Notes: generated by a model from the sequence alone, not told the origin. Positions 22,836 through 35,420 are shown, counted from the first letter of the whole stretch. The stretch: DNA of 52,355 nucleotides, filler included, from Squatina squatina (GCA_031763465.1; 3 parts of 3 records of this genome joined end to end with filler, not necessarily neighbours in it); one strand, 5' to 3'. Translations and numbers: made by a program.

Positions 22836-23827
22836 GATGCATTTGGACAATTTCAAAACTTCTTTTCAAAAAAATAATATAATCACAATGAAGAAAACAT
22901 TGACTCAATGTTCAAAAATGTTGTTTCCTCCCAAAGTGTTTGTCTTGCATTATATTTTTGCAAGCCAGTAACTCCAGCATGTGCCACCCCAACCCACCAC
23001 CCCCCACCCCCACCTTTTTAAATGAACAACTCTGTGTCAGAGAACAGTTTCGATGTAAATGGAAATCTTCATTTCTTGTCTTGTAGAATAAATTCATGGC
23101 ATGCAAGAAAAGGACAGTTGAAGTGATTAGGTTGCCATAGTATGGTAACAGGAACATTATTTGAAGAGATTTGCCTGTCAAACTCCAATTAATAGTATTA
23201 AATCAATTCATCATCGGCAGGATAATCATTACTTTCCATCTCAAGCTCGGGAATACTTGCATCAAGGGAAAAAAATGTTTCACTGTCCAGCACCTTGATG
23301 AGCATAGAATGAACAGAAATTTCCTGTTTTACCGACAGAAATTAAGGGAACTAAATAAAATTTGAAACATTCGAAGGTCAGATGCTGCCTTACCTAATCA
23401 CCATTTTAGCATAAAATTTCTCACTGAGAGTCCATCAGTATTGAAATAATAAGGCAATATAGGCAATCTTAGCAAATCTTACTGTCACAATTTGGCTATT
23501 CATGTGAAAAATTGCCACTTTAGAGGAATTTCAAAGGCGCACTAAAACAGTCCTACTAACAATATCTTCACTGGAAAATTTGATTCTCATGAGAATCATC
23601 NNNNNNNNNNNNNNNNNNNNNNNNNNNNNNNNNNNNNNNNNNNNNNNNNNNNNNNNNNNNNNNNNNNNNNNNNNNNNNNNNNNNNNNNNNNNNNNNNNNN
23701 CTAATGTCCTTCCTTTCCATTGCGTTAATCTCCTCTCTAACCAGCAACGCTACCCCACCCCCTTTTCCTTTCTGTCTTTCCCTCCTGAATATCGAATATT
23801 ATCTCCTCTATCTCTTTCTGGTCCCAT

Positions 23828-24065
23828 CTTAGTCAGCTGCTTGAGGTTTTCTTCATAGATCAGTCCTCTTGCACTAAGGATCAGCTTATGTTTGTGCACT
23901 CTGCCCAGAGCTTGAATGTTTGCCTTGTATCCCAGTGGCCAAAATTGGATCCAGTATTCAAGGTGTCGTCTGAACAGAGTGCTGCAGCGTTTCTGTCTGG
24001 CTTCCTCCAACTATACTGATTTAGCAATCTAATGCAGCATTCTATTGCTTTATTGCTTGCTGCTT
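23828..24065 (-). mobile_element. CR1 LINE fragment
   Basis: Translates to TLFRRHLEYWIQFWPLGYKANIQALGRVH...GLIYEENLKQL. Confidence 0.85.
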
Positions 24066-24837
24066 TGTGGTAGATAGTGTTCTAACTGCCAGAGCTCTAT
24101 AATGAGGATGGGGTACAATTATTTTTTAAGCAATTTTATCAGTTGCTATTTTAAAAAAAGGATGAAGTAATATTGTATGAATTTGGTGATAAATCTTAAT
24201 GCAAAATAGCATGGTCAAACACTAACTGGGATTCTTCATAGTCTGTCAGCCACAGGTCAAATTTAACTACATTTTCTGCATTATGCCTACATTACATTTA
24301 CATGCTAATTCGATTTTTTACACCCTCAGAGCCTGTGCTACCGTGCAAGCTGAATTCTAAATTATCTGCGCAGATTTTCTGCATAATTACAGAAGTTTGG
24401 TTGCATATATGTATTCCTAGTAAATCTCAGTGTGAGTTCAGGTGTAGACACCCATACTGTTAGTGGGCCAGATGGACCCAATTAACAGATGAAAAGGTCA
24501 GAGGCCACCAGCTGCTATGAGAATAAAATAAGACTTATTTTTCTGCAAGCATCATTTTGATGCAAGAAGGCTAAGATTTGAAAGCAGTGACTTAGTGGTT
24601 GCCGATTCTTCTTTTAAAAGATTATGTCCTGTTTTCTAATGGGATGAATATGAATGATTCCAGTTAACATTGTAGCCTAATTAGTCTTTTGTGTGAAAGT
24701 AAGAATAATTGTTGCAATAAAACCTGATGAGAACAGGGTTGAAAAACAAAATACTGCGGATGCTGGAATCTGGAATATAAACAAAAAATGCTGGAAAAAC
24801 TCAGCAGGTCAGGCAGCTTCTGTGGAGAGAAAAACAG

Positions 24838-24874
24838 AGTTAACGTTTCGGGTCGATGACCCTTCGTCAGAACT
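24838..24874 (-). ncRNA. Minimal type I hammerhead ribozyme motif
   Basis: The minus strand reads AGTT-CTGACGA-A-GGGTC-ATC-GACCC-GAAAC-GTT-AACT. This gives CUGANGA and GAAA cores, a 5-bp stem II, a 4-bp stem I (AGTT/AACT) and a palindromic loopless stem III (ACGT). Confidence 0.75.
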
Positions 24875-25221
24875 GAAAAAAGCCAGAAATGCAATATGTT
24901 TTCAAGCGCCTGCAGATGCAGGGAAAGGGGGAGGAAAGAATAAAGGGAAAGATCAGTGACTGGGCGGATTTCATTCTTTTACATCAGTTTCTGTTTTCGT
25001 TTCCCTCTCATGGCTGTTGCTCTTTTCCCCCGTTTACACCCGATCTGGATGTAATGTGTTTCTTAATGTAGCCATTAACACCTCTGATTGCCTTGCATCA
25101 TCTCTTGATCTCTTCTGCCTTCCACCAAATCACTGATCTTTCCCTTTGTTCTTTCCTCCCCCTCCCCGCTTTCCCTGCACCTGCAGGTGCTTGAAAACAT
25201 GTTGCATCTCTAGCTTTTTTC

Positions 25222-25251
25222 AGTTCTGACGAAGGGTCATCGACCTGAAAC
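25222..25251 (+). ncRNA. Minimal hammerhead ribozyme motif, 3' end lost in gap
   Basis: AGTT-CTGACGA-A-GGGTC-ATC-GACCT-GAAAC followed by Ns. Stem II is kept through a G-U pair. Confidence 0.65.
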
Positions 25252-25765
25252 NNNNNNNNNNNNNNNNNNNNNNNNNNNNNNNNNNNNNNNNNNNNNNNNN
25301 NNNNNNNNNNNNNNNNNNNNNNNNNNNNNNNNNNNNNNNNNNNNNNNNNNNGAAGTAAGATAAAAAAATGAAAAGATTTTGCAAATAATTTGCGAGCTTG
25401 GTTATTAAAACTCAGGAGGAAGCTTCAATGCCTGAGTGAGTGACTGACAGATTTTTTATTTTAGATTCTGAGTTTGTATAATGAGAACCGTTGCAGGGCA
25501 GACAGATTGTGCAGGTCATGGAAGGGCTGACACTAGAGATTCGGTGGGGCAGACATGCTGGGCATTTTAAGTATAGGTACTAAAGGACGAGTGCTACATG
25601 CTGGGCATATGGGCAATGAGCAGCAGGCACCATATGAATTGTGTTAGCAGTAAAATAGCAACAGCAATAAAAGTTGAATTGCTTTACATTATGAACAAAA
25701 TTTATGTCCTAAAATATATGAACAAGGTTTATTTCTATGGTGACAAGCTCTATTAAAACACAGTA

Positions 25766-25936
25766 GGGGAAATTTTGTCTTTGGGTGATAATGTAAACCG
25801 GGCGATATCAATTCAGCTGCATGTTATTTGTTGATCCATTGAAGTTAATGAAAATGAAAATCAGGAGAGATGTACAATGGGCAGCTGAATCAATATCGCC
25901 CATTTTGTACTATGGACCAATGTCAAATTAATCCCC
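25766..25936. mobile_element. Palindromic MITE
   Basis: Ends are GGGGAAATTTTG and CAAATTAATCCCC. Internally GGGCGATATCAATTCAGCTGC pairs with GCAGCTGAATCAATATCGCCC. Related partial copies lie at about 28588 and 29190-29327. Confidence 0.7.
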
Positions 25937-26159
25937 AATGCGTTAGTTCACTGCTATCTGCAGACAAATAAGTGAGGATTAAGCTTCTCTCACCAGGAAT
26001 GTAATCATTGATATTACTTATCTTTACATTTTCTGCTGTCTTCTTGAAAATTGTCCTACTTCAAGCAATTCTCATCAAATAATTTCATTTCTGACCATAA
26101 GGGTAACAGATGAAATGAGTTAAAAGCTTGGGCTCAAATTTTCTGATGTAGCTTTGCCC

Positions 26160-26256
26160 TTCATTTTTCTTCTGTCCTCCTCTGAAGGTGGTGACTCTTG
26201 CTGTATTATAGTTCCATCAGCACTGGCAGTACCTTGTCCAAGTGACCATTCTTTAT
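26160..26256 (-). mobile_element. 3' part of shark SINE (continues at 26690-26900)
   Basis: The reverse strand reads AAGAATGGTCACTTGG..AGGTAC..GGAACT..CAGCAAGAGTCA, similar to the 3' part of the copy at 33690-33852. Confidence 0.5.
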
Positions 26257-26267
26257 GGCACCCTCAA

Positions 26268-26485
26268 TCAGCTGCGATGGGGGGGGCCACATCGTCCGAA
26301 TGCCTGATACAAAACTCCCGAAACAAGCACTATATTCCGTGCTTTGTCACGGCAAGCAATTACCAGGAGGGCAGAGGAAGTGCTTCAGGGATGTCCTCAA
26401 AGACTCCCTGAGAAAATGTAACATCCCCACTGACTCATGGGAATCTCTGGCCCAAGACCGCCCGAACTAGAGGAGAAGCATCCGC
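26268..26485 (+). mobile_element. RTE (BovB-like) LINE C-terminal fragment
   Basis: Translates to GHIVRMPDTKLPKQALYSVLCHGKQLPGGQRKCFRDVLKDSLRKCNIPTDSWESLAQDR. Confidence 0.9.
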
Positions 26486-26489
26486 GACA

Positions 26490-26589
26490 ACACTCAGGAA
26501 TCTCGACACCATCCAGGACAAAGCAGTCCGCTTGATCGGCGCCTCTTTCACGACCTTAAACATTCACTCCCTGCACCACCGGTACACGG
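26490..26589 (+). mobile_element. L2/CR1-clade LINE fragment
   Basis: Translates to LRNLDTIQDKAVRLIG..TTLNIHSLHHR. Confidence 0.7.
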
Positions 26590-26689
26590 NNNNNNNNNNN
26601 NNNNNNNNNNNNNNNNNNNNNNNNNNNNNNNNNNNNNNNNNNNNNNNNNNNNNNNNNNNNNNNNNNNNNNNNNNNNNNNNNNNNNNNNN

Positions 26690-26900
26690 GGAATATTGGA
26701 GCTGAGCTTGAGTCTGTCTTCACTTGACATCCACTTAGAGCTTTTTCCAGCTGGAGTCAGTGGATAATGATCAGGCGTGGGAACCTTGGCAGATTTCCCT
26801 CTGGCAAACCCAGAAGCACTGAGGTGAACTGAAGTACTTAAATGCTACTTAAACTGAGATTAGATAACTTGACAGACCTGGAATTTAACTGGAAATGTTA
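26690..26900 (-). mobile_element. 5' part of shark SINE
   Basis: Shares several blocks with 3140-3280. Confidence 0.5.
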
Positions 26901-29899
26901 TACTTAAAACAATTCTAAATAAAAAAGAATCCAACCTATGTTCTATATTTTAACTTCATTTGACATTTTTTGCCTTATTTTGTGTTTAATAAACATGTAT
27001 ATTTTACGTGCCTTCACCAACCTACTTTTTATTTAATATCTGGGGCCCATGCAAATAAAATTCAGTCATTGATTAGCCAAAGTACAACTCCAAAGGTCAT
27101 ATTTTTAACCAATCAGGTGACTGAGCATTAAAGTTTGATCTGGTCCGCAATACTGGAGTGAACAAATTGAACTTAAAATATCTTTCTTGGGCTGACATTC
27201 AGAAGCTTGAAGTGCCTGACAACTTGGAGGGGTTAAAAATAAAGAGATCTGTTTTATTTATGAGCCAAATTTCCCTGAAAAGCTCGACAAAACACAGCCC
27301 AGTTCTGGCGATAGTGCCTCAACAAGAATGAGCTGAATGAAGGAAAAATAATTACAAGTCCCCCTGACGGCAACAAAACAGTGTTATCAGATATTCTGAT
27401 CCACAATAGGATCGTGTTTGAGTTAAGTACTGAAATGTAGCTTTGTAGCAAAGTAGAGTTTGGTTCACATCACATTGCAATCTTCTGTATTTTGTGTGAT
27501 CAGCATAATTTTATATCTGATTGCTCTTTATAAATATTCAGGAATGTTGTTTGACAAGGAAGTGGCATCCATCCAGCAACAGCTTTCTGTACAAGCTGTA
27601 GCATAAACGCTAATCGATTGAAAGGGCTGAAGTTTCTTGGCAACCATCTTACCACCTGAGGAAAACAGTTTGCATGATGTTTATTCAGTTTCTTTACTTT
27701 TGTATATCAAAAAAATATATAAAAAGCCTAATCTTGCCTTCAGCTAAATGCAGTCACACCTTTTAGCCAGAAAACAGTTTCGGGCTGAAATTGATTAGCG
27801 TCCCGATTGGGGGCGGTGGTGCTCCCGGGCCGTGACTCTTAGCGCCCGGCCCGGAAGTTGCACCCCTGGCGCAGTATTAGCATTACTGCCCTGGAAATGA
27901 GGCGGANNNNNNNNNNNNNNNNNNNNNNNNNNNNNNNNNNNNNNNNNNNNNNNNNNNNNNNNNNNNNNNNNNNNNNNNNNNNNNNNNNNNNNNNNNNNNN
28001 NNNNNNTGCCATTTGCTGGACCCTCTGCCAAGGAACTCGTCCTCATCACTGATCTCTGTAAAGGGGTTCTTGGCAATCTGCAATAAGGAGAATTCCATGT
28101 CATCTTTTAGTTCCAAGCTTAAATAATGACAGAAGCTTGCAACAGATGCCCTTACCATTGGCAGTACGGCAACTCAAGACTTACACAATAATACACAATG
28201 CATCGTTTATCAATAAAGTAAGTGTTTTTTAATTTGTTACAGGTTTTGTGTCCGTCTTGGTTAGTTTCTCAGGTATAGCAGTGCTTGACACTCATAAGTG
28301 GTCTGAACGTCTTATGTTTTGGGCTGTGCCTGTACTGCCTAAAATCTACTTATTTGATTGCATAACTGAAGGGTGTAACAATAGTCGTCTCTTGCGATCT
28401 GAATTGGGGATCAGTGATTTTCACACGTGTGCTTCTTCACTTGGTAAGGCGAGGCCAGATACGACGCATTAAGATGCTTTATGTTACAACACGCAACATT
28501 TAAGACCAAATTTATTTGTTTCAAATCAGCACAACTTGTCTTTGCGAAATAATGAACATGCTACACTTCCCCACATATATCATAATGGGGTAATTGTATT
28601 TTTTGGTGGTAGTGTAAACGAGGTGATATCGGTGATATTTTCATAACGGGCGGCCAAAACTTAAAATTGCCAATAATAACTCTTAACCATTTTATTTCTC
28701 AGCCTGATGAAAGCTTCCCCTCACAGCTTTCTGTATAAAGGACCTGACTACATTGCTGGACCGAACTGCCTTTTCGCTTTCTGTTACAAAACCCTGACTG
28801 CCGATGTCCTGTTAACAGCCTGAAAGGGTGTTTTTTTTAAATAATAAGCTAATGAATTACTTATTTACAGTGTATGGAGAAATATCATCAAAGCATGCTT
28901 TAAAACACAAAATTTAAGTTGACTTTTTTATTACCAAAACCTTTCTGTAAGAAAAAATGATCAAAAGATCCTGAAACATGATCGGAGCATAGCATGGAGA
29001 ATTGGCATTGCAGCCTTATCTCCCTTCAATGTTCCCTGGTGGAAGCACAGGATTCGTGAATTTATCATTTTATTTAGCAGCCAGCATTTTGCATATGTAA
29101 AGATAGCATCAGGCTCCGTTGTAATGCCACTCACAGTGAAATAGCCCGATGACCCTTACTTTCTGGGCTCACGCATGAACCATAATGAATTGGGTGATAG
29201 TCAATCGGCAGCCCGCATTAAAACCAACCCAATTTACTCTTCTATTGGTCAATGGAAAGGAAAATCAGGTGAGGTGTAAAACAGGTGGCTGATTCACTGT
29301 TGTTCAATTTGCGCCAATTTCATCCCCAGTGCCTTCAGCAGCAGAGCAGAGAAAATTGGAGGTTGAAAAGTACTTGTTTTTTAAATAATTTCTCAGCAAG
29401 GAGAGAGACTTAATTTTTTTTTACCCCATTCCATGCAAATATGGTAAGCGGCACACACTAATGCAAAAGTGTAAAATCTATTGTTCATTAACAAAATCCT
29501 GAGTAAACACTTATATACAGATGTGAACAGAATGGATCTCCTTCCCCGATTTTTTTTTTTTGGTAGATCACCCGTAATATCAATACAGGAGGTCACTGCT
29601 CAAGAAAAAAGCAGATTCTGCTGCTCAGCGTGTAATATCCTATGTCATAAATCTGTGTTAGGGCAAATAGCTAAAGGTGACACCGAACATCTGATCTCAA
29701 CAGATTGTGCAGATGATATCTGTCAGCGTGTCAGAGAAAACATTATCAAGGAAAAGACACATTTTCTGAAGCTAATAAGATTTTTATGACACATTTGCTA
29801 AATGCAGTCAGATGTAAACGTTACCTTCCTCACGCTGTGGTTGATTTAAAAAAAGAATTACATTTAGAAAATAAAACCATTCATGCGGTACAATTCGAC

Positions 29900-30020
29900 T
29901 GATACTTGCATGTCCAGTCACTGTGGAGCAGTAATCAACAAAGCAAATAGAATACTCCATTATGGTGCTAAATTAGTGAAGGATAAATTGGTGGATGTTG
30001 TGCTGAAAATTTACAACACT
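29900..30020 (+). mobile_element. Old CR1 fragment
   Basis: Translates to SSHCGAVINKANRILHY..DVVLKIYNTL. Confidence 0.7.
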
Positions 30021-30089
30021 CTTGGAGAGCTGACGAGTCAGAGAGCAATGGGCAAATGCAGAGCAGCCAAAGCCAGAACTAGAAAGGCA

Positions 30090-30218
30090 GAATTAAGGGT
30101 TATGGGATAGTGTGGGAAGGTGGAGTTGAGGAAGATCGGCTTTGATTTTATTGAATGGGGGAGCAGGCGCGAAGGGCCAAATGGCCTGCTCCTGCTTCGG
30201 CTCCTATTTTTTATATTG
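30090..30218 (+). mobile_element. CR1-type LINE 3' end
   Basis: GGGTTATGGG..GGTGGAGTTGAGG..ATTGAATGG..GAGCAGGC.CGAAGGGCCAAATGGCCT.CTCCTGCT is the CR1 3' UTR hairpin region. Confidence 0.75.
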
Positions 30219-30627
30219 TTATAAATAACCTTCAAACCTCAGGGTTGAATTTGGTAATTGCCCTCTAAATTCCAAAATTGGGGTTAAGCCCAATAAAACC
30301 CTGAAATGACAATACCAAAGTTTTCTGATAATGAATATTCTATTGTATATTTCTCCAAAAAAGCATTTTCTCACAGCTCATATCAACCTTTATTACACTC
30401 AAATTCAATAATGTAAACCAACCCTGAAAATCAGAAGATCATACATGTATTTATCAGATCAATCTGATATGCATGCACATGAGAAATGTGTCTGAACAGA
30501 ATTTCCAGATAATTATTGGCATATGGAACTCAGTTAATTCAGCTTCTGGAAGGTGCTTATGATCAGTTCATTCAATATGGGGGNNNNNNNNNNNNNNNNN
30601 NNNNNNNNNNNNNNNNNNNNNNNNNNN

Positions 30628-30639
30628 TTAATTAATTAA
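30628..30639. other. Artificial scaffolding linker TTAATTAATTAA
   Basis: Flanked by 44 N on each side, the same as 15475-15486. Confidence 0.9.
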
Positions 30640-30683
30640 NNNNNNNNNNNNNNNNNNNNNNNNNNNNNNNNNNNNNNNNNNNN

Positions 30684-30830
30684 GCCTTCCCACCTATTTT
30701 TGTGTCGTCTGCAAATTTAGCTACAGTGCATTCGCTTCCTTCCTCCAAGTCATTAATGTAGTTGCAGCCCCAGCACTGATCCCTGTGGCACTTTACTGGT
30801 TACTGGTTGCCGATCAGAATATGACCCAGT
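30684..30830 (-). mobile_element. CR1 RT fragment
   Basis: The reverse strand encodes VPQGSVLG and INDLEEGSECTVAKFADDTKIGGK. Confidence 0.88.
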
Positions 30831-31224
30831 TTCTTGCCCTGTTTACATAGGTCCCAGCTGCCCTGTAGAGCTGCTTGGATCACAAGTTTCCAGTGCAAAA
30901 GACCATAGAAATTAAATGGTCACGGGCAAGTTCATTCGCGGGCGACAATAAATTCTGATCCCATATGTTCACGTGAAGAGTAAAAATCTGCTCAAGTTGC
31001 CCCATCAATATTTAGAGTGGGCACCAGAGTTTTACTCCCACCTCCTAAGTCGTTGTCTAATTTAGCTGTCAACACCATTGGCCTAGCTATCATTACTGTG
31101 GATAAGAAATAAAATGGGAAAATTAACCTTCTCTGGCCTGGGAGTTAAATAATATTCTTAAACTGACTTTAATTGGTCTTCACGGCAGCTTTTGTCTTCA
31201 ATAACCCTGGCATTAAATTTATCC

Positions 31225-31465
31225 TTGAGAGATTCAGAGACATTTCTTTACATAGACAATTGTTCATGCATGGAAATGCTTCGTCACAGAGTGGTTGAGA
31301 CCATTGCGTCTTTTAAGGGAAATTTGGATAAATAGTTGAAGCAGTGGAAGCTTAATGGCCATGGAAAGGGAGTCAGGCAGTAGGACCAGTTTTGGATTGT
31401 GCTGGCAAAGACCTGACGCAGACACAAGGGGACAAATTATTATGTTTGAGTTGCTTACCATTCTT
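31225..31465 (+). mobile_element. Degenerate CR1 3' end
   Basis: CATTTCTTTACATAGA..TGGAAATGCTT..CACAGAGTGGTTGAG..TTTAAGGGAAATTTGGATAAATA are typical of the CR1 ORF2 end. Confidence 0.6.
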
Positions 31466-33689
31466 TGACTTCAGGTCACAGGCCATTTTGATACCGAGTA
31501 ACCATATAAATGAGAATAGGCTCTGACATTCTGCCTTGCAGTATGATTTCACTGTCCTGTTCCTTTTCTATCTCATTTTGGTTGATTAACTGTATTATGT
31601 CGATCTCTAATGCCAATGTTGCAGGTGTTGAAATATTTGGAAGCTTACCTGTTGAAGAAAGGCACCAAAAAAAATAACCACTTATCGCAATTTATTTCTG
31701 ATTGCCCCAGAAACATGGAGGTACGATTTGGCAGTCTACCATTTAAGACTTCTCCAGTTCTACCTACAGCCTGGATTATCAGATTTATGATCTGCATTTT
31801 AAATGAAGTAACACACAACCTGACTTGGGAGAAATAATGGTGAATGAATAGTTGGCTTGTCCTCATCACACTTGTATTTGTTCTGAACAGGTGGACAGCT
31901 GATTTAGCTCGATCCTTTTATCGACTAACCAGGAAACTGCTTGTTCACAGCTTTTAAAAAAACTGATGGAGTAGAAACATTTGTGCTGGCAGCCCATTAA
32001 TTGTTGATGTTCTGTAATGAGAAATTCAAATGAGATTTAATTCATAATTGGTCACATAATTGAACACAAAAATTATATCCATGTTCCTCTTTTAATGAGC
32101 AAAATGATTCTGTTTTCCTTGTTTCAGCACTGGTACTCTGTAATGCTAATAAATGTGCTTTATTTGCAGCAATTTATTCCTGTGGAATTTCCATTGAATT
32201 TCAGAAATGTAATTCATCTAATGTACTTGTAACCCAGTATATGTATATTAAACTCAATTTAATTATAGTGACAGGATGCTGAAAATAGAGGCAACATTTC
32301 TAGTTGCTGTAGTGTCATCCATATTGGCTTTTCATTTCACAGTAACACTGCTGCATAAATATATTCTAAACAGATAATTTCCTCTAGTGGATGTAACTTC
32401 TATTTGTTACAAGCTGTTTCTCTTGTGTTTTCTGTTGCTCCATAATACTTGTTCTTATTGTAGCCTTTGTCACTGCAACTACTTCATGTTACATTATAGT
32501 ACAGAGAATTCATACTGCTTTATGTACATATTAATACATAGTTCAAAAGTGCTGGCTGGCTTGCACATTACATATCCATTTTCCTTCACATATTAAGCAC
32601 TACACAAAGTGTCCATGATATTCTTTGACATACATAATGTCAGGAAAGTATTAAATCAATCTGTGACAAATTCCAGAGAGGAGTTCTTGCATTACTTTTG
32701 TGTCTGTCAAGCAGAGGACCTATTTCTCCATCCATGTTTCCCCTGGTACTGATGCCCCAGAAAGAAGAAGTTGGTCTGATAACAACCTCCCAGGATAGGG
32801 TCAGTTCCTGCGCTTAAGGATGATATGATTGGCTTAATATACTACAAATGTTGAAATTTTCACCTGGACAGTTGATTTAAAATTAAATTTCAACTAAGGA
32901 ATAACAAGATTTTTAAAATATTTCCTCTGTTGCTATGTGTAGCAAAATCTAAAACACATTTGTAAAGAACAGGTTTGTGATTTTGCTGCACCTACTGTAC
33001 AAAGATAATCTTCACCTCCTGCCAATATGTTAAACATGCTCAAGATTCGAACATCATTAACTTGACATTTATTGATGTATATTTTAGTGACTACTGAAAT
33101 GTACCTTGACAGAGCAATGATCTGGTTGTGCCAGGCTTGTGAGTCAAATAGCTGTTCATGACTGCAAAAAAAATTAGCATTTTAAATCTTTGATAACAGA
33201 TTCCTAAGACCATTTTATGGAGTGGCACTTTTCAAGATGCAGCTCCATTGAAGTCTGATGGGAAGGATAGAAGTACAACGTTCAAATCAAACACTCTAAT
33301 ATTCACTGGTACAGATACCTTGTAATAAGTTCCGGTTACATCTATTTGCAACACCAGGGCCAGGATGTTGTCTACCTTGGGCAGGTGTGGGGCCTACGGT
33401 GGCAGGTCACAGTTCTGCTGGTGGCTCCAACCTCCTGTCCAAAATGAACTGAAGTTAACGGGGCTTGTTANNNNNNNNNNNNNNNNNNNNNNNNNNNNNN
33501 NNNNNNNNNNNNNNNNNNNNNNNNNNNNNNNNNNNNNNNNNNNNNNNNNNNNNNNNNNNNNNNNNNNNNNGAACTTAATACAAAAATGTTCAAAGAAAAC
33601 CCTAAAAGTAAGCATTAGGGACATTAACAGTGTCCTTGGTGCCACTTTCCGGGAGGGAACAATGAGCTGCAGTTTCCTCTCTTGCCATT

Positions 33690-33852
33690 ATCTAGTGTGC
33701 CCTGCTGGAAAGGTGTGTATGCCAATAGTGGTGAGGGCAGGATTTGGGCTAGGTTGTAATGCCCCTCAAGCTTAGAGAACTTTCGAATACACACTAGTCA
33801 CTTGGGCGGTNNNNNNNNNNAGGATGACGCTTGTAGAACAGTACCTCAGCTG
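33690..33852 (+). mobile_element. Decayed shark SINE body
   Basis: Related to 15085-15290 and to the reverse copy at 26160-26900. Confidence 0.45.
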
Positions 33853-34973
33853 CAGTTTTTGTCGTCATAGCAAAAGAAGGGAAGAAAATTGTCAAAAAAA
33901 GTTATTTTTAAAAAAATGACAAGCTCAATTTAAACAGTAACTATAATTAATTATTGAAGAGTGAAAGCCCTTGGCCAACAAGTTACAGACTTTGAAGTAA
34001 GTTTTACCTTTGTATGATTTAACATGGGAAGCTAGCAGTATGATTTTGACTATTAGAGCTAGACTTTAATGGCGTACTGTAGTTATTTTTCAACAAATAA
34101 ATTTTAAATTCCTGTAAGGTTTTCCTGTACTAGATCCTGCATTGTGCAAATTATACTGTACATGTACCTTGCAGCACTTAAATATGTTATAAGGTATTTC
34201 CTCAGATGTTAAAATTATCGCATTTAAAGTGAATTATTAGGCTTTATAAGCTTGCAAAGCTTGCAGTGTAATCTGAAGTGCACTTTTTCTAATGGGCATA
34301 TTGACTCGTTTCAAAGGTGTAATCTTTAGAGAAAGGCTTTTACTTGCTGTATTTGATCATCTCTCTGCTCCCTTTACTCTGTACATGGATTTATGATGAC
34401 AGTAGTCAGGCCTTTAACTGTTGGTCAATGGGTCCCTATTTGTATAAGTATTGCATTTTATGCCTTTTTGTTCTTTCCATCACAAGACCCTTGAATGTAT
34501 CTGCGCAGTTAAATAAATTATGCTTTCCTCTTACCAAAGTGCCTTGCTGATCTTTAAACCACTTTGCAAACAATTTATAGCTTTGGCAAGCTGTACACTG
34601 TTTGGCTTGAAAGACTTTGGCTTTACTGGCCTCCACTCAGTGTCCAATATCTGGAGACATTACTGTTAATGGATTACATTAGCTCACTGAGAAGATAATA
34701 CGGGAGAGTTGGGTGGTCAATACCTTTCCGTTTAATCTTAATTAGATTAACACCAGTTAATATCTTGATTGATGGCATTAAAGGCATACAGTATCTGTAA
34801 ATTGCAGCAATGCTTCTGATGATCTGAAAGGTCTCTTGGGGAGAGGTGGGGTGGGGGAGCGAGAGGGTTAATAAATTTCTTTGTGTTGCAGGTACCAGAA
34901 GTAAGTAATTTACTGGTCTTTTAGCCTGGCTGCTCCTTAGATCAGTCAATACTAATAGAATAAATACAATAAT

Positions 34974-35420
34974 AAAAACAAAGTCCTGGAAGCACTCAGA
35001 AGGTCAGCCAGCCTCTGTGGGGAGAGAATCTGAGTGTTTGCATTACAGGNNNNNNNNNNATAAAGATCTGTGATTGGGTTGGGGTGGGGCATGAGATGAT
35101 TAATTGAGAGAAGCGATGACAGTGCAAGGTAAAAGGAGGTACTGAGAGAAATGAAAGGTGTGTCCAGAAGACGTGTGAATGGTTATTGCAGAATAGTAGA
35201 GGAGGAGGGAAGCATGGAACACCTGGAAAAACAGAGAAGGCTTCTGTTGCTGAAGAATGAGGCAGAAAAAATGCAGGTGGACACGAGGGGTGTGGACCAG
35301 CCTGTCAGCCATGTCGAGGGGGAGGGATCCCCAGCCCACACCGACCCCATTCCCAGTAGCTCTGGTGCACCCATACTTTCTGTCCAAAAGAAAATGGGAG
35401 CAGTGGTTAAGGTGTGAAGT
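34974..35420 (-). mobile_element. Degenerate Penelope-like element 3' region with pLTR
   Basis: AAAAACAAAGTCCTGGAAGCACTCAGAAGGTCAGCCAGCCTCTGTGG is a diverged copy of the 24742 repeat, followed by purine-rich decayed sequence. The extent is uncertain. Confidence 0.5.

Larger units (their letters stand above)
24742..25251. mobile_element. Penelope-type terminal repeat (pLTR) element with inverted arms
   Basis: Begins AAAAACAAAATACTGCGGATGCTGGAA..TCAGCAGGTCAGGCAGC, a repeat also seen at 34974 and 51621. 24845-24962 is the inverted match of about 25127-25251, and the right arm is cut by a gap. Confidence 0.8.
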
